A DNA stretch of 64,000 bases from a virus (Duplodnaviria; Caudoviricetes). The notes below the pieces were generated by a model that did no database searches, was not told the DNA's origin, and worked only from the letters and a program-made list of their open reading frames with translations. Both the position numbers and the translations under genes were made by a program. The stretch covers positions 7,781-71,780 of IMG/VR virus record IMGVR_UViG_3300025530_000010. One strand, written 5' to 3'. Of this stretch, positions 43,284-51,073 are shown piece by piece (the stretch's first letter is position 1; each line of letters opens with the position of its first letter).

Positions 43284-46200
43284 TCAGGACACGTAGTGGG
43301 TCCCGGCCAGGTCCTCCTCGGTGGGCAGATTGCGGGCGCCGAGGGGGTGGAACTCCTCCTCCAGCTCCCGCTGCTCCTGCAGCGAGTAGTGCCGTCCGGC
43401 GGTGCGCAGCATCGAGGCGGCCCGGCGGGCGATGGCCTCGTCGCTGTAGGGGCCACCGCCGCTGCCGCCGTCGTCGTTGAGCAGGGCCCGGGCGGCATGG
43501 CTGGACTGGAACCGGCGGACCACGTCGTCGCCGTCCTCGGCGTACTTGATCATCGGCCCCTCGCCGAGGTCGGTGACGTCGACGTGGCGCGGCCGCTCGT
43601 GCTCCTCGACGTAGTCGGCCGAGGTGCCCCAGTGCCTGCGCGGCGCCGGGCCGGAGCCGTGGAACGGGCCCGGGTGGTCGCCGATCGGGATGGACTGCTT
43701 GGTGACGGCGGCCACGATCTGGTTGGCGTCCAGGCCGCGCTCGTGCAGCTCGTCGACGACCTCGCGGATGGCCCTGTTGCGTTCGGCCATGTGCCCGAAG
43801 GATTCCGACGCCGGGGTGGCCGACAGGTCGCGCAGCCGCTGCAGCAGGTCGGCGGTGCGCACGCTGGCCAGGCGGTTGCCGCCCAGGGCGTTGGAGATCG
43901 CGTTGCTCAGGCCGGTGCCGATGCCCTGGGCGATGGGCATGGCCAGGGTGCTGAGACCCGACATGACCGGCCCGGCGATCTCGCCGATGATGGCCGGGTC
44001 GAAGGTGAAGCCCGGCATGGCGTCGTTGGTGCCAGCGCTGGTGGCGGCCGGGTTGGGGGTCTCGTTGATGTCGGTGTCGAGGGTCTTCTGGCCCCCGCCG
44101 TTGACCAGGGCGTCGGCGGCCGGGCTGCCGGTGGTGCCGCTGCTGCTGTCGCTGGTGGTGGCCTCGTTGGTTCCGGCCGCCGAGTGGTCGTGGTCGTGTT
44201 CCTCGAAGTCCTCGGCGAACAAGAAGCGCCGCGCGGTCTTGTCGGCGGTATCGGCCGGTGCCGGGGTGGCCGTCGGCGCCGGGGTGGCCGTCGGCGCCGA
44301 GGTGGCCGCCGGGTCGATCAGCCCCGGGTTGGTCAAGTCGACCCCGCCAACGCTGGTCGGCGCGGTCTCGGGGACCGTCGTGGGGGCCGTCGTGGGGGCC
44401 GTGGTGTCGATGCCGACGTCGGCGGGCGAGCCGGTGGTTGTCTCGGTGGTTGTCGCGGCGCCCGCCGAGGTGTCGGCCGTGTTGGTGCCAGCGCTGTCGG
44501 TATCAGCGCCGCTGTCGGCGTTGTCGGCACCCGGGATCTTGATGGTGTCCCCGGCGTAGATGAGGTCGGGGTTCTCGATGCCGTTGGCCTCGGCCAGCGA
44601 CATGTAGTCGTCGCCCAACCCGGCCCGCTCGGCGATGCTCGACAGGGTGTCGCCCCACTGGATCGTGTACTCGCCCGGGCCGATCGGGTCGGCGTTGCCG
44701 TTGGGCTGCCACCCCCCGCCGCCGGAGGCACCCGATGCGGCTCCACCGCCGTCACCGGAACCGCCCGGGGACGACCCACTGCCGCCGGAGCCGGTCTGGT
44801 TGACCAACTGGACGTTGCCCGGCTGCGCCGAGTCGCCGCCGCCCGTGCCGCCGCCCAGGCCCGGGTTGTCCTGGAGGAACTGGCGGAAGTCGCCCAGGCT
44901 GTTGTCGGCCTGGCCGTTGTAGTCGAAGCGCTGGCCGGTGCCGTACTCGCCCTGGCCGGTGTACTGCACGCCACGGATGTCGCCGTCCTGCACGGCGAAA
45001 CCGCTGTTGCCGCCGCCGCCGGTGTAGCGGTACAGGTCGCGGCCGCCCTCGTTGGAGTAGTTGTAGGACCCGCCGTCCATGATCTCGTAGCGGTTGCCTT
45101 CCGGCCCCTGGCTGCCGCGACCAGTGAACTCGACCGGGGTGTAGGAGTTGTTCTCGTAGATGTAGCCCCGGTTGCTCGGGCCCCGATAGACCGTGCGGCC
45201 ACCGTCTTGGAAGGTGGTCCAGTCCTCGGGTGCGGCGGTCCGGGCGAGGCCGGAGAAATGCATGATCTGGCCCGGGCCGGTGGTCTCGCGCTCGTCCTCG
45301 GTGACATCGACGGTCTTGACGCCGTCGGCGTCCTCGACCAGGACGAAGTCAGGGCTGAGGTGGCCGGGCTCGGTGCACAGGGTGTGGTCGTCCCAGTCGC
45401 CGAGCGGGTCGGTGTAGTCGCGCTCGTCGCGCACCGAGGCGTGCTCGTCGGCGTACTCGTAGAGCTCCAGGATCTCGTCCTCGGACAGCCCCGGGGTCAT
45501 GTCGACGTAGTCGCTGACGACGTCCTGGTCGATGCTGCGGTGGTGCTCCTCGGCCCAGGCCGCGAAATCGCCGATCACCGAGGCCACGCGCTTGCGGAAG
45601 TGGTCGGGGTTTGCCCGCAGGTAGCGCGACTGCATCTCGTGGTAGGCGGCCAGGGCGTGGCTGCACATGCGGCCGACGAACTTGTACTGCCGCTTGAACG
45701 CCCACTTGCCCCACTGGCAGCTGCAGCGCCAGTCAGTGACCGACTGCCCGGATCCCCAGCCGCCGTACTCACCGCCCTTTTTGATCATCACCTCGTAAGT
45801 GCCGTTATCGCCCTTGACGGAGGCGTAGATGCGGTTGTCGTCGGCGTCGTGAACCTCGACGCGGCCCTCGGAGCGCAGCCGCTTGGCCTTGTCGCGCACA
45901 TCGGCCCAGGCGGCCTCCCGGACTTCCCGGTCGGCCTCGACGATGTGGCCGTAGTGCTCGGTCTCCGCATCCGGCGGACCGTCGACGGCGGCCAGGCGCA
46001 TGATCTCGCCGGACGGGTCGTCGCGGAAGCGCTGGACCGGGTCGCCGAAGTGGTCGACGGCGCGGGCGTGCAGGATCCAGGTGGCGTACTTGGGCCCCAG
46101 GTCGGGGATGGCGTCGCGGCTGCCCAGGATGCCCAGGGGGCTCTCGTCGATGGCCTTCTGGACCAGGCTGTTGGTGCCCTGCTGCTGCTCGTCCTCGTCG

Positions 46201-46655
46201 TCGCCCAGCTGCGACTCCAGCACCGTATCGGCCAGCATCAGGGCCGGGCCGATCAGGGCGGCCGGGTTGGCCTGGCGCAGCGAGGCGTCCTTGGCGAACA
46301 GGTGCGGGGCCGGTCCGGGCTCGTCACCGCCATCGCGCCCGTCGAAGGTCAGCGAGTCGGCCGGGTGCAGCCGCTCGTCGGCGTCGATCTCGTAATCGCC
46401 CGGCTGCAGCGTGCTCTCGGCGCCGAACATATCGGCCGGGAACTGCGGCTCGGGGTTGTACGGCAGCGTGGTGCTGTTGTCCTCGTCGACGCGGCTGGGC
46501 GCCTCGTCGTTCTCGTACTCGGCCTGGATGATGCGCACGTCGGTCGCGTCGCACCAGGCCTGGAAGCCCCGACCGGCCACTAGGTAGCGGGTGCGGCCTC
46601 GCACCGTGCTCTGATCGATGACCTCACCCGGGCCGTAGGCAGTATGGACCTGCAT
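43284..46655 (-). CDS. 1123-aa multidomain head-region protein with SWIM Zn finger and LysM
   Basis: WRCSCQW...MCSHALA (SWIM); YTIQWGDTLSSIA...NGIENPDLIYAGDTIKIP (LysM); Gly/Ser and Thr/Pro linkers. Confidence 0.85.
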   Translation of the reverse strand: MQVHTAYGPGEVIDQSTVRGRTRYLVAGRGFQAWCDATDVRIIQAEYENDEAPSRVDEDNSTTLPYNPEPQFPADMFGAESTLQPGDYEIDADERLHPADSLTFDGRDGGDEPGPAPHLFAKDASLRQANPAALIGPALMLADTVLESQLGDDEDEQQQGTNSLVQKAIDESPLGILGSRDAIPDLGPKYATWILHARAVDHFGDPVQRFRDDPSGEIMRLAAVDGPPDAETEHYGHIVEADREVREAAWADVRDKAKRLRSEGRVEVHDADDNRIYASVKGDNGTYEVMIKKGGEYGGWGSGQSVTDWRCSCQWGKWAFKRQYKFVGRMCSHALAAYHEMQSRYLRANPDHFRKRVASVIGDFAAWAEEHHRSIDQDVVSDYVDMTPGLSEDEILELYEYADEHASVRDERDYTDPLGDWDDHTLCTEPGHLSPDFVLVEDADGVKTVDVTEDERETTGPGQIMHFSGLARTAAPEDWTTFQDGGRTVYRGPSNRGYIYENNSYTPVEFTGRGSQGPEGNRYEIMDGGSYNYSNEGGRDLYRYTGGGGNSGFAVQDGDIRGVQYTGQGEYGTGQRFDYNGQADNSLGDFRQFLQDNPGLGGGTGGGDSAQPGNVQLVNQTGSGGSGSSPGGSGDGGGAASGASGGGGWQPNGNADPIGPGEYTIQWGDTLSSIAERAGLGDDYMSLAEANGIENPDLIYAGDTIKIPGADNADSGADTDSAGTNTADTSAGAATTTETTTGSPADVGIDTTAPTTAPTTVPETAPTSVGGVDLTNPGLIDPAATSAPTATPAPTATPAPADTADKTARRFLFAEDFEEHDHDHSAAGTNEATTSDSSSGTTGSPAADALVNGGGQKTLDTDINETPNPAATSAGTNDAMPGFTFDPAIIGEIAGPVMSGLSTLAMPIAQGIGTGLSNAISNALGGNRLASVRTADLLQRLRDLSATPASESFGHMAERNRAIREVVDELHERGLDANQIVAAVTKQSIPIGDHPGPFHGSGPAPRRHWGTSADYVEEHERPRHVDVTDLGEGPMIKYAEDGDDVVRRFQSSHAARALLNDDGGSGGGPYSDEAIARRAASMLRTAGRHYSLQEQRELEEEFHPLGARNLPTEEDLAGTHYVS

Positions 46656-46670
46656 GCCGCCTCCTCTCCC

Positions 46671-46702
46671 CGATTCCTGGATCGGGATGCGGCACTTACA
46701 GG
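46671..46702 (-). promoter_or_regulatory. putative late promoter (SWIM-LysM gene)
   Basis: CCTGTA-N18-AGGAATCG then GAGGAGG SD. Confidence 0.7.
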
Positions 46703-46757
46703 GGCTCTACAGCCAGCACAGGGCGGCGGAGCTGATCGCGATGTGGACGGTTGAGGC

Positions 46758-47339
46758 TCAAGCCTCCACCAGGGGGAAGCACCAGGACTGCCCGGCCCAC
46801 TCCAGCACGAGGCGGTCGAAGACGAGCCGACCGGCGAAGTCCAGCCGCTGCACCGCGTAGCTGGCGGTCACATGCGGGACGAAGGGGCTGTGCTGGCGGT
46901 GCAAGGCCTCACCCATGACCTGCTGGCAGACTCCGACCACCTCGTCGCGCAGCGGCGCCAGCAGCGGGCTGTCACCGACCAGGTAGACCGCGCACGGGTC
47001 GGACTCGCCATCCGGGCCGCCGTCGGGGTTGAGGATGGCATGACCGAACACCCGGGCCTCGACGGCCGTCAGCGAGTCGGCGATCCGGCCGATCTCGGCG
47101 GCTATGGCCTCGCCGAACGGCAGGTCGGTGACGTCGGGGCCGAGATAGGCCAGGGTCAGGTGCAGCTCCTCGACCGGCTCGCCACCCTGGACGGCCATGG
47201 CCTCGGCGAAGTCGGGGCGCGGCAGCAGCGCGACCATGCCACCGGTGTCCCTGGGGGGATCGGCCTCGGCGATCAGCCGCCGGGCCGTGACGGCCTCGGC
47301 GAGCGGGGCGGCCCACATCGCGGCGCTGGCGGTGTTCAC
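46758..47339 (-). CDS. 2H phosphoesterase (2'-5' RNA ligase / Acb1-like fold)
   Basis: two HxT motifs: LHLTLAYLG and FVPHVTASY. Confidence 0.85.
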   Translation of the reverse strand: MNTASAAMWAAPLAEAVTARRLIAEADPPRDTGGMVALLPRPDFAEAMAVQGGEPVEELHLTLAYLGPDVTDLPFGEAIAAEIGRIADSLTAVEARVFGHAILNPDGGPDGESDPCAVYLVGDSPLLAPLRDEVVGVCQQVMGEALHRQHSPFVPHVTASYAVQRLDFAGRLVFDRLVLEWAGQSWCFPLVEA

Positions 47340-47644
47340 TGGGACTCCTCTCCGCCTCCGCAGCAGGGGCTGTCCTTGCAGAGGATCTGCAGGCCGAAGA
47401 TTTCGGCATCACAGTGCTCCCAATACAAGGGCCAGGTGTGTCGCAGCCTGTAGATGGTGTCGATGTGGGCCTGGCTGGATACCGGGGTGGTGACCTCATT
47501 GGACTCGGCGAACGACTCGAAGCCGTGCTTGGTCAGGTAGGCGGCCAGGCTGGTGGCCTGGTCGACGGAATCGACACAAAAGACCAGGTAGGTCCCCGGA
47601 TCGGCGAGGACCGGAACCTCGGCGTCGGTGCTGGCGGGATTCAT
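47336..47644 (-). CDS. hypothetical protein (102 aa)
   Basis: GAAAGG SD; GTGA coupling. Confidence 0.65.
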   Translation of the reverse strand: MNPASTDAEVPVLADPGTYLVFCVDSVDQATSLAAYLTKHGFESFAESNEVTTPVSSQAHIDTIYRLRHTWPLYWEHCDAEIFGLQILCKDSPCCGGGEESQ

Positions 47645-47714
47645 CGGCCGGACCTTTCATGCAGATGACGAAATGGACAGCGGTGCGGCACCACTGTCCG
47701 GCCCGGCCCGGGCG

Positions 47715-47966
47715 TCAGCGAATCTTCTTGCGCACCTCGTATCCCGCGCGGTCGAGCAGGCGTAGGGTCTCGTTCCGCGCGATGCGCATCTTTTCGATCT
47801 TGGCCTGCCGGGGCAGTTTGCTCCACGGCGGGATCTGCTGCTCGAACTGCTCATCAGTGACCGAGTCACCGAGCTGTTCGCGCACCTCCTCACGCAGTGC
47901 CTCCCAGATGTCCTGGGCGAACTGCTCGAGCGTGATCCTCTGCTGCTGCGCCTTGGTCGTCACCAT
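47715..47966 (-). CDS. small helical hypothetical protein
   Basis: GGAGG SD; codon bias; exact start uncertain. Confidence 0.6.
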   Translation of the reverse strand: MVTTKAQQQRITLEQFAQDIWEALREEVREQLGDSVTDEQFEQQIPPWSKLPRQAKIEKMRIARNETLRLLDRAGYEVRKKIR

Positions 47967-48273
47967 CCTCCAGGACACCAATCGTCTCGGTCACCTCGCC
48001 GTCGACCGGGGCGACCGGGCTGGTCGCGCAGTAGTCGTAGGCGATCGTGACATCTTCGTTTCGGGTGGCCCATCTATAGTGCCCCAGAAATTCGTTTTTG
48101 GGAAAATGCAAGCGGTCGGCGAGCGCGGCCAGCAGCGCCACAACCTTGGCGCGGCCGGTGTCGGTGGACAGGTCCAAACCCGCGTACTGGTCCCAGACGA
48201 TGGTGCCGTCGGGCAGCTGCAGCCCGTACCGAACCCTGGTGTAGCGGTCGGTGCCCGCCTCGATCAGTCCCAT
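47890..48273 (-). CDS. hypothetical protein (127 aa)
   Basis: GGGAG SD overlapping the portal 3' end; 3' end overlaps the next ORF. Confidence 0.55.
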   Translation of the reverse strand: MGLIEAGTDRYTRVRYGLQLPDGTIVWDQYAGLDLSTDTGRAKVVALLAALADRLHFPKNEFLGHYRWATRNEDVTIAYDYCATSPVAPVDGEVTETIGVLEDGDDQGAAAEDHARAVRPGHLGGTA

Positions 48274-50699
48274 ACCGGCGTGTCTCCCGTGATCTCCTCG
48301 TACTGGCGAAGCATCTCCTCGAGCAGCTGGGCGGATTCCGGCGCCCCACCGGCGGCGATCTCGGCGAAGTCGGCGCGGATCTGGCTCTCCAGGTGGCCGA
48401 GGTTGAGCATCTGGTAAAAGGCCGGGTCCTCGACCAGCTCACGCACGCGCGGCACCGGATGCCGGGCAGTCAGCTCGCGGCGGCGCACGGCCCGCTCGAC
48501 GTGGGCACGGTCGACGGTGGCCGAGTGGCCGTAGCTGGACGGGCCGCGCTGCAGCCAGGTGGCGCCCGGGTCGGCCTCGCCGATGGCCACCCGCAGCCCG
48601 GTGCGGCTCTTGGAGGCCATGCGCGGGGCCCCGGCCCGCATCTCGTCGGAGATCTCCGGGCGGGCCCGGTTCACCGGCTGCTCGGGCGGCAGCGGCTCCT
48701 GCGGCGGCCCGGGCTGCCCGGCCGGGGCGGGCCCGGGCGCGGGGGCACCGCCGGGCGGCGGCGTTGGCGGCAGCAGCCCGAGCTGTCCGGCCGGGGTCAT
48801 CTGCTGCTGCTGCTGCTCGAGCATGTCGGCCTGCGCCTCGGCCATCTCGGTCCCGGCCAGCTGCTGGCGCAGCATCAGCGTCTGCTGCAGGTAGGCGATG
48901 AGGTCCGGCGGGTACGGCATCTGCTGCTCGTACGGCCGGGTGGCGTTCATCGAGTCGATGATCTGCTTGGCCTTGCTCATCGCCTGGGCCTGGGCGACCA
49001 GCTTGTTGACGGTCTCCTCGGACTGGCGCTGCAGCTCCAGGTCGAAGTCGATCTGCTGATTGATCGCCAGGGTCTTGTCCGAGATCGGCACGCCGGAGGC
49101 CTTCAGGTCGGCGATGAAGGCCCGCTCGGTCTGCTCGTCGCGCAGGTTGAGGCTGCGGAACCGGATCTGCGGGATCAGCAGCTGCGGCACCTCGACGACC
49201 TCGGACTCGCCGGTCTCGGGGTCGATCCGCTGGATCTTGCGCATGATGGGCACCCGCAGGTTGCCCTTGCGCTCGTAGGCATAGAACTCCTGGGCCTCGG
49301 CGACGACCTCCATGCGCTTTTTGATGTGCCTGACCACCTTGCGTTGGAAGTCCTTCATGTTCAGCTCGCACACCTCGCGGTTGAGCGCCGAGGAGGCGTA
49401 GGTCCCGGCCGCTGCGGTGCCGCCCATGATGAGGGCCTGGCCGATGCCCCAGGCCTGCATCAACTTCATGTCGATGCGGTCGTAGTCCTGGTCGAAGCGC
49501 GGAACCGACTCGCGGCCGAAGACGCTCTCGATCTTCAGGCCCAGGTGGTGGACCATGAGTTTGAAATCCGCCATGAGGGCGGCCTGCATGTCGTCTCGGA
49601 CGGCGGCCAGCTCGTCGGGGGTGGGGATCCATGGCTCGCCGTCGCCCATGTCCGGAATGCCAAGGGTGGCAAGGACAAACGGGCTGTAGAGCCGGTCGGC
49701 CACCGCGTCCTGGGCGGCGTTGAGGCTCTCCTCCATCAGCAGGGTGCGGAAGCTGCGCATCAGCGGCGGCACGCCGCGCAGGTCCCACGGGCTGATCTTG
49801 TTGACGATGCGGCTCCACAGGGCCTCGGAGATGTCCAGGCCGTCGTCCTGGTTGGCCGCCTCGATGATCTCCGGGTGATGACTGAGCAGCTGCTGGTATT
49901 CCCAGTTGCGCTGCATCTGTTCGGATTTGGTCTCCCTGCCGCTGCCCGGCGGGGTGCGCAGGTTCTCCACCAGCTGCTTGACCATCAGCTGCACGCGCTC
50001 CTGGGAGACGAACGCGCTCTTGCTGACCCGGATGTAGTCGGGATTGAGCACCTCCTCGTCGGCCCAGGTGCCCAAGGACTCATCGAAGTGCCCCAGGGTG
50101 GTCACCTCGCCGGAGATGAAGTACTCGCGGCCGAGCTCGTTGGGCAGGAAGTTCTCGTAGTCCAGGTCGTCAAGGAACATCTTGGAGAAGAAGTCCTCGA
50201 CCTTCTTGTCGTCGCAGACGAATTCGAGGCCGGTGACCGGGAACCGGGCGTAGATGTCGATCAGCAGCGGCACCAGGTCGTGGGTGGCGTAGTAGGCCCG
50301 CGCCCAGCGCCGGGCCTCCGACAGCACCTCGGGGTCCTCGATCTGAATCGGGATGCCCTTGTCCTTGAGCGTGCCGAGGGGCTCGCGGGCCTTGGGCATG
50401 GCCAGCAGCACGTCCGAGGCGGTGTGCTGGGTGGAGGCCAGGCGGCGCATGTTGTCCGCGCGCACTCGGCGCATGTGGGCCTCGACGTTGCGGACGGTGT
50501 CCTCCAGCGACCCGGTCCTGACGGTCTCGGCGACCTTCTTGGCCTCAACCCGGGCCTGCACAGGCGAATTCGGCAACGCATAGCCAGCCTGGCGCAGCCG
50601 GTTCATCTCGGCGGTCAGGTTGGACACCTGCAGGCCCGATCGGGTGCGGCCCCGCCGGTCGATGACCGGGAAGCTTGGGGTGGATTCCTCGGAGCTCAT
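48264..50699 (-). CDS. portal protein with C-terminal extension
   Basis: YYATHDLVPLLIDIYARFP, REYFISGEV, RGVPPLMRSFRTL, IPQIRFRSLNLRDE; position before the head genes. Confidence 0.88.
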   Translation of the reverse strand: MSSEESTPSFPVIDRRGRTRSGLQVSNLTAEMNRLRQAGYALPNSPVQARVEAKKVAETVRTGSLEDTVRNVEAHMRRVRADNMRRLASTQHTASDVLLAMPKAREPLGTLKDKGIPIQIEDPEVLSEARRWARAYYATHDLVPLLIDIYARFPVTGLEFVCDDKKVEDFFSKMFLDDLDYENFLPNELGREYFISGEVTTLGHFDESLGTWADEEVLNPDYIRVSKSAFVSQERVQLMVKQLVENLRTPPGSGRETKSEQMQRNWEYQQLLSHHPEIIEAANQDDGLDISEALWSRIVNKISPWDLRGVPPLMRSFRTLLMEESLNAAQDAVADRLYSPFVLATLGIPDMGDGEPWIPTPDELAAVRDDMQAALMADFKLMVHHLGLKIESVFGRESVPRFDQDYDRIDMKLMQAWGIGQALIMGGTAAAGTYASSALNREVCELNMKDFQRKVVRHIKKRMEVVAEAQEFYAYERKGNLRVPIMRKIQRIDPETGESEVVEVPQLLIPQIRFRSLNLRDEQTERAFIADLKASGVPISDKTLAINQQIDFDLELQRQSEETVNKLVAQAQAMSKAKQIIDSMNATRPYEQQMPYPPDLIAYLQQTLMLRQQLAGTEMAEAQADMLEQQQQQMTPAGQLGLLPPTPPPGGAPAPGPAPAGQPGPPQEPLPPEQPVNRARPEISDEMRAGAPRMASKSRTGLRVAIGEADPGATWLQRGPSSYGHSATVDRAHVERAVRRRELTARHPVPRVRELVEDPAFYQMLNLGHLESQIRADFAEIAAGGAPESAQLLEEMLRQYEEITGDTPVWD

Positions 50700-51073
50700 C
50701 GGCTATCGACCTCCAGATCGGCCGGGACGCGGCGCAGGCATCGCTCGGGATACCAGCCCTGCTCGGGTGCGTTCTCGTCGGCTGGCTCGTCGATCACCAC
50801 CCGGAACATCGGGATCACCGGCGTGCCACCGTGTTTGAGGTCGAAGGAGACATCCTGGACAGTGCCGACCCCATCGTAGATCTCACCGGCGGTGTAGGCC
50901 TGCACCCGGTCCCCCGCCTTGAACGGGATGGTGGCGGACAGGAATTGCATGGCCCACACCGCCGTTGCGATCGGCAGGGACTGCACGCACGTCGCGCAGT
51001 AGCCCCGCTCAACCGAGTCGACGTAGATGATGTCCCTCAGATCCTTGCACCCGAAGCACAGGCGCTTGGTCAC
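50696..51073 (-). CDS. Zn-finger plus SH3-like hypothetical protein
   Basis: CFGC...CATC; FKAGDRVQA...GVGTV; GTGA/ATGA couplings. Confidence 0.7.
   Translation of the reverse strand: MTKRLCFGCKDLRDIIYVDSVERGYCATCVQSLPIATAVWAMQFLSATIPFKAGDRVQAYTAGEIYDGVGTVQDVSFDLKHGGTPVIPMFRVVIDEPADENAPEQGWYPERCLRRVPADLEVDSR

Noticed and set aside
33268-46583. Very long plus-strand ORFs (e.g. 33268..35628, 40167..43196, 43296..46583) and similar shadows elsewhere
   Set aside because: Expected antisense open frames in high-GC DNA; Val/Gly/Ala-rich, motif-free and opposite well-supported genes
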